Source: Spizellomyces punctatus DAOM BR117 (Eukaryota). From it: a DNA stretch of 64,000 bases. The stretch's first letter is position 1. Each line of letters opens with the position of its first letter. This document shows, piece by piece, positions 50,279-62,432 of this stretch. A program made the translations under genes and the position numbers. The notes under the pieces were generated by a model. That model saw only the letters and a list, made by a program, of their open reading frames with translations. It was not told the origin of the DNA and made no database searches. The stretch is from assembly GCA_000182565.2 (NCBI GenBank), contig KQ257454.1; one strand, given 5' to 3'.

Positions 50279-52127
50279 ATGCAGAGCCACCTTCCTCTGC
50301 GTCTATGGCGCCTTTCTGGAGGTCGGCTCTTGGCCTTCCCTAAGGGAAGTCTGGTGCGGGGAGCGCTCCAGCAACCCTGTAGCAGTAAAGCGCTCATCCG
50401 GCTTTTCCATGCCAAGGTTCCTGCCCTGGGTGCACCCCATGCGGTCTTGAGAGAAGATGATGTGATTGATGCAGTGAATTCATTCGGCTCTGTTTCTTAC
50501 ACCGTGGGTAAGACGGAGAGGAGCACCGAACGAGAACCGAAGGCAGCTGAAGGTACATTTGCGTCTGTTCCGGCGCTCTCTGCCCCCACTTTGAAGGCTC
50601 TCCACAGTGACTTCAAGTACACTTCAATGTCACCTGTTCAGAAAGCCGTTCTCTCACTGCTACCAACTGAGAAGGACTTGCTTGTGCGAGCCAAGACTGG
50701 AACCGGGAAGACCTTGGCTTTCTTGATCGCGGCTCTTGAGTCTGCGATTGCGAGACGGCAGGGACGGCGATTTAATGAGAAAAGTATCACGGTACTAGTA
50801 TTGTCACCGACAAGAGAGTTGGCCTTGCAGATTACGGATGAGGCGAAGAGGTTGCTGGGCCCCCATCGGTACCGCGTCGCTACGGCTGTTGGTGGACCTG
50901 GGAGGAATAGATTTATATCCCTGATAAAATCTCGCCAGAGGACTGATGTGTTGATCGCCACTCCTGGGAGGCTGTTGGACATGTTGGAAAATGTTCCTGA
51001 ATTTCAAAGCAAATGCGAAGGGTTGGAAACGGTGAGTTTAGATTTTTGCTGATGATTTATAGTGTTATCGTGTAGGCTAATGTGCTATGGTGTTGTTGGA
51101 CAGCTTATCTTTGACGAAGCGGATCAACTATTAGAAATGGGCTTCCGAGATTCGATCAGTGCCATCGTGGAGAAGTTGCCGTCTCAAAGGCAAACGTTCA
51201 TGTTCTCAGCAACTTTATCGTCCGGCATTCAAGCCATCGCCAAGAAGACGCTGCAGCCTGGGTATGACTATATTGACACTGTTCCCGCAAACGAAACCCC
51301 AACACACCTCAAAGTTCGTCAAACGTACGCAATATTACCATATTCTCAGCAACTCTCCGTTCTTTATGACATCATCCAGCAACATCGCCAGTCGAATCCT
51401 GCCGCCAAAATTATCGTTTTCTTCCCAACCACTAAAGTTGTCTCTTACCTTGCCGGTGTATTTAATGATATCCCTGGAATGGACGTTATGGAAATTCACT
51501 CAAAGCTTACGCAAGTGCACCGGACACGTGTTGCGCAACGATTCCGACGTGCCCATTCCGCCGTTCTATTTACGTCTGATGTGTCAGCGAGAGGAGTGGA
51601 TTACCCTGGTGTAACTTTGGTGGTACAAATGGGAATGCCAACTTCATCTGATCAGTACATTCACCGGGTTGGACGAACCGGGCGAGCTGGTGCTTCTGGC
51701 GAGGGTATCATTATCCTTAGCCCTTATGAGAAACGGTTTCTGGACAGTTTGAAAGATGTGCCGATCAAACAGGACATGCGATACGGTCCGCAGGCACCGG
51801 CTGCCAGGAATGAAGAGGTCAAACAGTTATTGGAAGATGCCATGAGGCATGCGCCCAAGGAGGCGGCAATGGAATGTTACTCGGCCTACATTGGCTTCCG
51901 TATGTTGACATGTTGAAATTTTGTTGATCACGCAGTCACTAATTTTTATTTTGCGTTTAGATAAACAAAACGGTGCACTCCTCGGTATCTCAAAGGAGAC
52001 GATGATTAAGGGAGCCAACGACTTTGCTACTGGTATGCTGGGTTTGGCGAGCCCTCCCAGTATTGGAAGGAGTTTCGCAGCGAATCTGGGGATTTTGCGT
52101 GTCAGGGGCGTCAACTTGCGCGAGTAG
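50279..52127 (+). CDS. DEAD-box RNA helicase, Mss116/CYT-19-like (presequence-like N-terminus)
   Basis: AKTGTGKT, SPTRELA, TPGRL, DEAD, SAT, ARGVDYP and YIHRVGRTGRAG. Confidence 0.9.
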
Positions 52128-52437
52128 ATGGCCACAGGCCGCCTTTGTGTATAGAAATCACCATTTTTTTGTAGTCAACGTCTTCTACATTATTTATATA
52201 TTTATATATTGTTTAGCGTTATAGAGCGATAGGAATATACGACTTGTATTTTGTGCAAATACGACTTTTGACCTTTGAGTCTGGCGGTTCGACAAAATTT
52301 GAGTGTAACACATCCGCGCACACGTGATTTTGTACCCATGTTGTGGTTCATGTGGCCACGATTTGGACAACCTTTTGTTCCAGGCAGCTTTCGTTCCCGT
52401 CTCGACTCCCGCAATTTTAGGTATCGCCCCGTCTACC

Positions 52438-54323
52438 ATGAGACCCGCTCTTCGTCCAGTATTGAGCAGCTTGGCTCGCCGCACCTCGACCAACAATATT
52501 GTTGGTGGGCTGTCTGCCTCGTTTGCACTTCAACGTTCACAGGTGGGGGTAACACTTTCTTTCGGAGCATGACCTTGAGAACGAATACTCAGCCGCCAGT
52601 CGTTTTATCACAGGGGTTGTCTACAGCTACCCGTCCCCTCCTTCAAGCGTCGGCAGCAGCAACCGCACCTTCCGCTCCTTCGTCACCGCAAACTAGAGTT
52701 CTCTTCCCTGGAGCAACGGACTCGCACTACACGGAGCAACTGCAATTTGTGCGGGACTATCCGTCGCTTCCGACGTATCGGGTCTTGGATCTGGAAGGAA
52801 ATGTTTTGAATCCTTCTGAGGATCCACAGGTATGAAGGCCTCATATTCATATGACTGGTGAGCTCATTGCCTGATGTTTTCTTTTGGTATAGTTGTCCAA
52901 GGAAGAATGTCTAAAGATGTACACATCCATGTTGACTCTCAACTCTATGGATCTCATCTTGTATGAGGCTCAGCGACAAGGACGTATTTCGTTTTATATG
53001 ACGAGTTATGGAGAGGAGGCGACGCATATGGGTAGTGCTGCTGCTCTCACATTGGATGATATTGTTTACGGGTAGAGTGACTTGGGTTATCGTTACCCAT
53101 TCTGTGCCTTGTTACTCATGGCCATCGTGTAGACAATACCGGGAAGCTGGGGTACTTCTCTACCGCGGGTTCACCATTGAGCAATTTATGAACCAATGCT
53201 ATTCCAATGAGCTTGACCTCGGAAAGGGTCGGCAGATGCCCGTGCACTATGGTAGCAAGGCCCTCAACTTTCAGACCATCTCGTCTCCACTCGGTACGCA
53301 GCTTCCACAGGCCGCTGGATCGGCCTATGCGCTCAAACGGACTGGAAAGGACGCATGTGTGATTTGCTTCTTTGGAGAAGGGGCGGCATCCGAGGGGGAT
53401 TTTCACGCTGCTTTGAATATTGCTGCTACGACTGAGAGTCCAGTTTTGTTTTTCTGGTACGTTGATGTTTTTCGTATCGGTTATGTAGAGATGCTGATAT
53501 CATGTACATATAGCCGTAACAATGGTTATGCGATTTCAACGCCTGCAAAAGAGCAGTACCGTGGTGATGGGATCGGTAAGCCATTCGTTATCGTCTTGTA
53601 TTATCTGGGGTTGTGATTTCATGTGCTGTGTAGCCTCTAGAGGTCACGGATACGGAATGGACACTGTCCGTGTAGATGGTAACGATGCGCTGGTACGTCA
53701 GAGTGCTCGCCCTGCCAGTGAGCGGGATGTGTGATAGATTAACTCTTTTATGCTTTTTCAGGCGGTGTACAACGTAGTTAAAGAAGCTCGCCGACGAGCA
53801 ATTACCGAAGAGCGACCCATCCTCATCGAAGCGTTGACCTACCGGTGCGTTTAGACCATATCCTTTGTCTACCTTCATCCAGGTTTCTTATTGCCTTTAT
53901 CGCATGCAGAGTTGGACACCACAGTACATCCGATGATTCATCTGCCTATCGGTCGAAAACGGTTAGTGGCAAGACAAAAACCCAAAAGAAAAGATGTCGT
54001 CATGACTAACCCGATACATTGTATAATAGGAGGTATCTGACTGGATGAAGCAAGACAGCCCCATTGTCCGATTCCGCAAGTACATTGAAAACAAGGGCTG
54101 GTGGAACGAAGAGCAAGAACAATCCTTCCGTAAAACCATCCGAAGCAAGATCCTCAAGGAATTTGCTGCTGCAGAAAAAGTAAAGAAACCTTCCTTGGAG
54201 CATTTGTTTACCGACGTGTACGCTGGAGAACAACCGTGGAATTTGAAGGAGCAGGAACAGGAGCTGCATAGGCTGATTGAAAAATTCCCTGCTCATTATG
54301 ATACGAATGGGCATGCCAAATAG
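52438..54323 (+). CDS. BCKDHA: Branched-chain 2-oxoacid dehydrogenase E1 alpha subunit
   Basis: [48 protein letters not shown] and [12 protein letters not shown]. Confidence 0.96.
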
Positions 54324-54655
54324 GCTTGTGATCTTTGGGTGTGGTAGAGCTCTATATAGATCTGTGGGGACTCCTTGTATTTTTTCGAGAAATGTCTTTT
54401 TGAAGTTTTGGTTTTTGCGGTAGCTACCGGACGTTCTAGTCAAATAGATTTTCGCACGCGCTCTTAAAATCAAGTGGAAGGTTGAGGGATTCTCAGGCGA
54501 GTCCGTGTATAACCGCATTCTTTCATATCTCAGCTGCACCCTACTCAAGTCCACAGAAAAACTGGCCGCAACTCGTTCTAAATCTGAGGTTTTCCCCCCT
54601 ATATTTACAAGCGACATCCACAAGCTAATAGACATAAAACTATTTAACAAAAGTA

Positions 54656-55243
54656 TCAGCTTCCTGAAGCACACCCTCGGCACCTAAAAAACGACCACAA
54701 ATCAGCATCCTGAACAAAAGCAATAAATAAATTCACACATGAGGCACCCACCCGCAATGCAAACACTCTATAACACGTTCCTCACTCAACTTGTCTTTTG
54801 GCACCCGACAAATACACATGGTCCCATAATTCGTGTCCTTGGGCTGTATACACCGCAAACAGCACAACTTTTCATAGCCGACCTTTTTCCACTTTGCAAT
54901 CAAGGCACCATCAGCGTATCCCTCTTTTAAGCAATAATCGTAGAGTTCGCGGGAGATGGCTTTTCGGCGGTAGAACATGTCGTAAATATATCTGGAGCGT
55001 TGGTGGTGGAGCCGAAAGACTGGCCAGAGGGATTCTGATTTCCGTTTGCCTTCGTGTCCTTCGTTTTCGGCTGGTTTGCAAAAAAAGGAAGAGTGTTTGT
55101 TAGGGTTTATTAGAGTGTTAAAGGTTTTGTTTGCATGCACAAGACAAACCTTCTCTCATTTTCTGTTGGAGCTCTGTGAGAGTGGGTTCGACAAGGTCCC
55201 AGCCCTCTGGAGGTGGTTTCCGTCCTCGCTTGATTTTCGGCAT
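54656..55243 (-). CDS. BUD31: Splicing factor Bud31/G10/Cwc14
   Basis: [46 protein letters not shown] and ECLHCGCRGCAS. Confidence 0.97.
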
Positions 55244-55430
55244 GTTGATAATACGATTTGCGTTTGCGAGGAAATTGTAAAGATCAACAGTGGGGGGGAG
55301 TCATGTCCAGATCGTTGTGTGAGCTCATGCTGAACACGTGATATCTTAACGTTGCTATGGAATTGAGGAAGGTCGTCGTTGAACTCGAGCAATTGAGAAT
55401 TGGGGGTGATCGCTTGGGGGTAAGCACAAC

Positions 55431-56577
55431 ATGGTAGCATCACCACTATTACGAACTGTCTTTCCGTTTCGGAGTTATGGGTGCACTTTGTCTCCAGTTT
55501 ATCAGGTATGTGTGTGGAAGCAGTATGATATACCTAATGTGTTTTTGTCTATAATGTTCTTGCAATAGACTGTGAGACGACAGCTTGCCACCACCGCATC
55601 CACAGCCGTCGTAACTACCGTTCACCTCCCCACCGCTTCCGGGCAAGAGATCCCTGCGTTACTTCACCCGTTGACGCCAGTAATTCGCGGTGCGGACCGG
55701 GTGCGAGAAGAACATGTCGAGCGGTATACAGACAAAGAAAGTAAGTTTGGCATAATTACAAAGGTTGGAATAACTACTTGATAAATGTTCTGATACGAAA
55801 TGTTTGACTCAGACCATTACTGGAAATCCCCCACCGTCCAAGCCTTTCTCAACTCCTTTGCCTCAGGAGAACCCATAGGTCTCATTGAACTCGACCGAAC
55901 CGTCTTTGGGGCTACACCGCGCTCGGATTTGTTAGCTCGCGCCGTGCGATACGAAGAGAGTTGGTGGGCGGCGGGTACAGAGAGTACAAAGGCGTTGGGA
56001 CAGGTTCGAGGGTCGACACGAAAACCGTTTCCACAAAAGGGTCGAGGAAAGGCTCGTGTTGGGACTATTCGGGCCCCGCAATGGCGTGGAGGTAACAAGT
56101 CTGGCGTTTTGTTGAATCAAGTTTACAAGATGTTAATGAGCTTGATATTTAGGATACCGTGTTCACGGTCCCCGTCCACACGACAAATCTACCGACATTC
56201 CCCGCAACGTATACGATCAAGCCATCCGGTCCGCTCTCTCCGCCAAATTCGCTCAAGACCAACTCCACATTGTCGATAGTCTGTCCATGTCCACAGACAA
56301 AAAGATTGCGCTCTTTGAGCGTCTCCATGCATTGTCATTAAATGGGAAACGTGTCTACTTTATGTACGGAAACGAGGAACCGGAAGTAGAGTTGATTCAG
56401 GCTGCCAACAAGTTTAAGAAGCGGGCTGCGGTGCATGATAAGGGGTTACCGGCGGAGAAGGCGTTATTGGTGACGAGTGCGAGACAGGTTGCTGTTAGCC
56501 CTGTTTTGGAGAATGAGTATTTGGTGTTGGATAAGATGGCTGTTGAGGTTCTGGAGGAAATGTATCATGTGGATTGA
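55431..56577 (+). CDS. Mitochondrial ribosomal protein uL4m
   Basis: GTESTKALGQVRGSTRKPFPQKGRGKARVGTIRAPQWRGG..VHGP. A presequence-like exon 1 (55431-55505) splices in frame. Confidence 0.92.
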
Positions 56578-56780
56578 TGTGGCATCTGGGTGTGCATGTT
56601 GCCTAGGTCGTGTTGTTTACATTGTTGGGTAGCATTTATTTAATAATGCATTCTTTTTACTACACTATAATGCCGTGTCTGGGTGAGGCGTTCAAGAGGG
56701 ATGAGATTGGGTATCAATATGCCAAGAGTTTGATTATCTTATTGTGTCAGTGACTATGTACATGATGCGTATTGGGGTTG

Positions 56781-58160
56781 TTATGGCTTTTGTCGTTTGG
56801 CAGCTGGGTCCAAGGTATCCACAGGTTCCTCTTCCTCGACTTTTCGCTTTACTTTCTCTTGCAGATCCTCCAAAGTGTGCTCTGGCCCCGGTACGTCAAC
56901 TACATTCCTCTCTCCATTCGCTTTATGATGTTGGGAGACGTGCTCCCCCATTCCCGTCTCTTGATCTTCAATTCCCTTTCCATTCTCATGGGAATCTCCA
57001 AGGTCCTGTTCTTCAGTCTCGTCAAAATCCGATTCCCCTTCGTGTACACCGTCATGCACATCATCATCATCGTCGTCTTGTTTGGCATGGACGTTCTTCC
57101 GCTGTGGTAATACAGCCAAAAACGATTGTTGCCAGTCTCTCGTCTCAAGCCACTTTATCATAATTTCAAACACTGGAAACGCACAAAAGAATCAATACAG
57201 GATGTTGAAATTGTCGAGTTTGGGCATGCGTTACCATGATTGATTGTAAGGACTTTACGGGACTGCATGGCAACGTAGTGGTCAAGTGGGAGTTTGGCTG
57301 TTGCGAGGCCGTACGCTTTGGCTTGTTCGTAACAGAGACCCTATTACGAACCCCCAATTGCGTTTTAGAATGGTATCATGGATATTGGTTTGTGTTTGGA
57401 AACTTACCTTGTACCGATTCTTATCTACAATCCCACCAATCACGTACGTTTTTGTTTCATCTAGCTCGGTGAGGGTGGTTGAAGCGTCGGCAGTCAGGTA
57501 GACGATATTAGAGGGATCAGAGAGAGTCGTAAATGTATCCTCTGTGTAAAGAATGGGGCATTTTCCTTCTACCCAGCGTTCAAAGTCTCTGTATTTGATG
57601 GAGAGGGCTTGTTTGACTTGACCGGTAAAGGAGGTGAAGGCGAGGTGAACGGGTTTTGTACTGGCTTTGTTGGCTGCGTAGCATCGGGCGATTTGGCGGG
57701 CTGTACTGTCGATTTCCTATTTTTTTTTTTTTTTGTGGGTGTGAGGGGTTATGTGTAAATCTGAGGAAATTCACAAACCTTTTTGATCATTTTGTCTTCA
57801 AAGGAGAGGTCAATGGCTATGGTCATGGGTGAAGGGTCTTGGTGGGGTGGACGCCGAGGTTTGGGTTGCAAGAGACCTAACAAGGAGGTTGTCAATAACA
57901 AAAAGATGAGCAAAAAACCGAATACTGCAGGAATCCTTACCCTGCTTAATCTTTTCTTTTCGCATCTGTTTAACTTGCGCTCGTTTCTGTTTACGTATTT
58001 CTAACCGTTCTTCTTTCATTGCATCCCATTTGGCTTGTTTGGCAGCTCGTTTTTGGGCTCTTTTGGAGAGTGGGGTTGGCGTATTTGGTTCATTTTTGAC
58101 AGTTGCTGGAGATGTGGGTAGGTCGGGTCTGGGTGCAAGGTCCTGCTCAGTGGCCTCCAT
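56781..58160 (-). CDS. TRM10: tRNA (guanine-N1)-methyltransferase Trm10 (SPOUT)
   Basis: LSKRAQKR..KWDAMK, 'IAIDLSFEDKM', 'VYLTADASTTLTELDETKTYVIGGIVDKNRYK' and 'WQQSFLAVLPQRK'. Confidence 0.92.
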
Positions 58161-58339
58161 GATACAAATGGTATTTGACGAAAGAAAGGAAACTGTTGCA
58201 AATACCATTGTGAGCGAGAAATGCACAAAAGCGATATACACACGTGACTGCTGCGCACGGACAGCGGACACACAAGTTTGGGACGTACAGTTTCTTTCTA
58301 ACGCGAGCATTGTTTTTTTGGGGGGACGATTGGGATGTC

Positions 58340-59731
58340 ATGATTCGGTTTACGATCATCTCCCGTGCAGGCGATGGCTTACCTCTAGTCGCAACCATGG
58401 AGTCCCAGCGCGTAAGCCATCATTTCGTTCACCAGTATACATGTTCACAAAACTGATTTGGTGCTTTTCTTTGGTAGGAAGAGGACCAGATATCTGGATA
58501 CAAAAAGTTATCAAAAACAATTATAAAATGCCTTGCACCTGATGCGCATGATACTGCGTATCTCCAAGTAGAAGCATCATCCATAACAACAGACGAATAT
58601 ACATTCCAGTATGTAAAAAACGACCTTGTTTTCACAACTTTAAAAAAAACACTTTACTTAATATTTTGGTTGATAGCTACGAAATTCATTCCGGCGTCAT
58701 ATTCCTCACACTGACAGATAAATCCTTTCCAAGACTATTAGCATTCTCCTACCTGAACGAACTCATTAAAGCCTTTTTCGATGAGATGTCTTCATCGTCG
58801 TCATTTGGACAACGCTCCGTTCAAGCTGTTCAAAGACCGTATTCGTTTATTCGATTCGGTAGAATCAATTTTCTGCTGTTTCTTTTGTACGGTTTTTTGA
58901 ATATTTTTGTTGTTCTAGAACCCGTGATACAGGGTATCAAGAAACGGTATGCGAATACGCGACAGTTGAGGACACAAGAGGATTTGGTGGAATTGTCCGG
59001 GAGGATACAATCCATTCCAATCTATTCCGCTCGTGATGTTTTGGGAGTTTCTGGTACTATACTCCATGCCATTTTATTGCCAACCACGTTATATCTGATC
59101 ATAGTATTTTTATAGGTCCCGTAATGGGTATCCCACCCCTCCCATCCCTAGCACACCTGAAACCCCCAGCACCCCCATCCTCCACCCGTCAATGGGTTCG
59201 TCTATGTATCCTCGCTATAGATATTTTGTATCTACTGTTATGGTGGACGAGTTGGGTGGGCGGTGGGACGGTGACGGATGGGTTTGGACGAGTGGAAGGG
59301 CCTCGAGGGGTGGAACGGGGGTTGGTGTTGGTGATTGGAGTTACGAGTCCAGTTTTATTGATTCAGGTAAGATAGTATATTGTTTTTTTTTTTTTTTGGT
59401 AATGTTTTTTTGTTGAACTGTTGGATAGGCTTACAAGCATCATAACAACATACGAACCCACTCGCATCTCGTCGATAACGTTAGTACACTCCACGCCCTA
59501 ACAACACTATTCCAAATCCTTGTTGTGTCATTTTGTAAACGGAATGTCGGACCACGGAATACGGGGGCGCCACTCCAGGTTGCTGCGGGGTGGTTCGCAG
59601 GATGGTGTCTCCCCGTACCGGTTGTAGCAATTAAAGTCGTTTACGTGCTTTTGGTGACGAGGGAGGTGGGATTGACGGTTAGTAGGTGGGTGAGGAGGTG
59701 GAGGGATACCAAGCGAGGACACCGGGATTAG
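58340..59731 (+). CDS. Sec22-family longin protein with multiple C-terminal TM segments and no evident SNARE motif (SEC22A/C-like)
   Basis: IISRAGDGLPLVAT, DKSFPRLLAFSYLNEL, RPYSFIRF and IQGIKKRY, followed by hydrophobic segments rather than an R-SNARE heptad. Confidence 0.75.
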
Positions 59732-60115
59732 AGTTTTGTTTTTGGCCATGGACATGGTGGAATAGGAGGGGGCCACTCCAGGTTGCTGCGGGGTGGTTCG
59801 CAGGATGGTGTCTCCCCGTACCGGTTGTAGCAATTAAAGTCGTTTACGTGCTTTTGGTGACGAGGGAGGTGGGATTGACGGTTAGTAGGTGGGTGAGGAG
59901 GTGGAGGGATACCAAGCGAGGACACCGGGATTAGAGTTTTGTTTTTGGCAATGGAATGGTGGAATAGGAGGGGGCGTCTCCAGGTTACTGCAGGGTTTGC
60001 AGGATGGTGTTTCCCTGTACCGGGTATGCTGAAAGTCTTGTGTGCTTTTGGAGATGAGAAAGGTGGGGCTGGTGGTTAGCAGGTGGAGTGGAGGGATACC
60101 AAGTTAGGACATTGG
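59570..60115 (+). repeat. Tandem triplication of a ~203-bp unit spanning the Sec22-like stop codon
   Basis: CACTCCAGGTTGCTGCGGGG... starts at 59571 and 59774 (near-identical, period 203). A third, diverged and partial copy starts near 59976. Confidence 0.95.
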
Positions 60116-60268
60116 GGAAAGTACATATGATTTTGCATATATATTATTTTTATACGACAAGTGTGTTTGTTTTTTACTATTTTAATTGTCCAATGTTTTG
60201 TAAAAGGTCTCTTTGGTCCCTAGATATCCTATCCACTCTACATATACACGACACATAACTAAAAACAG

Positions 60269-61851
60269 CTAAACAGCAACAGGATCATCCTTCCGGGCAT
60301 GTTCAGGAACGGTATGCTTGGTTCCCCGAACACCATCAACAGCATCCATAAAAGCCTTGATAAGCCTCCGACTCCGGAGATCACCCAAAGGCTGCAACTT
60401 GACCGAATTCATCACATACCCAATAGCCAATTTTTCTTTTTGGTTCCACCAAATCATACTTCCGCCTGCACCTGCCCATCCGGTCCATGTTTGTCCTTGG
60501 ATGAGGGTGTCGAGTTGACCCCATCCGCCTGTCGTGAATTGAATCGTCTTGTTCAGGACTTGGTCGGTGGATAATGGAAGGGGTTCAAGGGCTTTCGAAA
60601 GGGTTGATGAGGAAATGACGGTTGTACCGGTAAGTGGATCCACACCTCCATTGGCCATAATGGCCGCAAAACGAGATAACCCCTTCGCATTAGTCATACC
60701 GCTAAAACTCCCACTTTCACCATGCCAAATATCAGGTTTATTATATCCCGCCGGCCAAATCTCCCACCACCCAAATGTAGGGCCACTCGCCATTAAAGCG
60801 CGGTGTTGCAAACTGGATGGATTGAGTTGGGCTTGGAGGAGTAATTCGGGGATGGGTTCTTTTTGCCAGGATTTGGGAGTGAGGATGTGGTAGAGGAGGT
60901 AAAAAGGTGTGAGGCCGTTCAGAGGGGAAACGAGGTGGTCGTATGATGGGTCCAGACCTAGGTGATAGGAAATATTGAGAGGGGTAGCTAGTTCTTGGCG
61001 GATGTAGGTACCGAGGGAACGATGTAAAGGATCCGCTCGTCGAACGAGTTCATTAATGTACCATCCGCGTGTAGTGGCGTGATACCCAACCGTTGGCTTT
61101 CCACCAAAATTATGGGGCTGGGATGCAATTTTCTCTGCCAATGCATCCAGGTCGAGAATATCGGATGGTGATGGGGCGCGTGAAGCGTCTAGGAAGGATA
61201 CCCCTGCGCGATGACCCATAAGGTCCGCTACCGTGACGTTTTCCTTGTTGCCTTGTGCGAATTCTGGCCAGTATTTTGCGATGCGGTCCGTGTAGGAAAG
61301 GTGGCCCTGTGATATGAGGTGTGCAATGGCGATACCTGTCTAATGTAAAGTAACGTGAGTTGGATTGCAATCGCGTTTTTTATCATGAGGATGAACATGC
61401 GAGGTTTACCACTGCTTTGCTACTTGAAAAGACGAGATTCAGGGAATCCTCCGTATAAGGCTTTTTAATGTCGTAGTCTCTATCAAAGAACCCTCCAACA
61501 AGTTCCACAACCGGTTTCCCATCCACTAATACAAACGTAAATATTAATCTACATGTCCTAAAAGAAAAATTCAAAAAGATACTCACTCCAAGCATAAAAC
61601 CCAGCACCCACTTCCTCCCCCTCTTTAAAATTCCTCTCAAAAGCCTCTCGCACACCCTCAAACCCCCGTTCCACCCGCCCAGAAATCGGGTACTCTGGGC
61701 AATTCAAGTTGAATAATGCGCATGTGTGCGGGTGGTAAGGGCCCGTCGTGACATGACGGTACAAGAGGCCTAGAGAAATGGACAAGAGGAGGGGGAGTTG
61801 GGAGCGGAGGGATAGTCCTCCTTTTTTGGGGTTGGGGGTTTTGGAGGGCAT
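60269..61851 (-). CDS. Beta-lactamase-like serine hydrolase (class C/EstB type) with N-terminal membrane anchor
   Basis: GFEGVREAFERNF..GEEVGA, FSSSK (SxxK), YWPEFAQGNKENVTVADLMGHRAG, GYHATTRGW and GWAGAGGS. Confidence 0.9.
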
Positions 61852-62432
61852 GTTTTGCAAAAGGTCCTGGGGGATGTGAATTGCAAATGTGGGTTTTTAT
61901 GGTTTTTCGGCCATTCGGTCTCGGTGTTCCGCTTCGGGCTTAGTCACGCGATGACGATCGAGGTCGTTTTACCTGTTTAGTTTGATGAAAAGGTTTTTTG
62001 GCGATAGGAGTTGGACAGAGGGGCCGATTATGAAAAAAAGGGTTTGCCGAAATTCTGAATAATGTGTTGCTTTTTTGGCAAGTTTATGGTTGAAAGATTG
62101 ATGAGGAGGTTGATTGTAACTTTTATCCAACTCGCCTGCTAGTCGCTTGTGAAGGGATGTCCGGCCGTGGGCCATGCCCAGGGTTAAAAACAAGAATGCT
62201 CATGAAAGGCATCAGCAGAAAAGTTACCCCATCACCAAACCACCTTTTCAACATCCTCTACGTTTTAAACCCCATCATCAAAACCCCTCCACCACCAACC
62301 AAAATCCCACTAGACGACTTGTTACTTTTCAAACGGAACCCTTACCTTTCTCGATCAACGCGTCACACAACTTGTTACCATAGCCACAGACTTACCACAT
62401 CCCCCCGACCACAAACCACACAAAACATAATC

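Noticed and set aside
53858-53866. ATATCCTTT resembling an AT-AC 5' splice site in BCKDHA
   Set aside because: The conserved TYR|VGHH frame requires the GT donor near 53845, so the motif is internal to a GT-AG intron.
54006-54683. 225-aa minus-strand ORF
   Set aside because: It overlaps the BCKDHA last exon antisense and the BUD31 3' end, and has no recognisable motifs.
59570-60115. Direct repeats as a CRISPR array or LTRs
   Set aside because: The units are ~203 bp, contiguous, have no spacers and derive from the adjacent gene's 3' end. No TG..CA ends or internal retroelement ORF.
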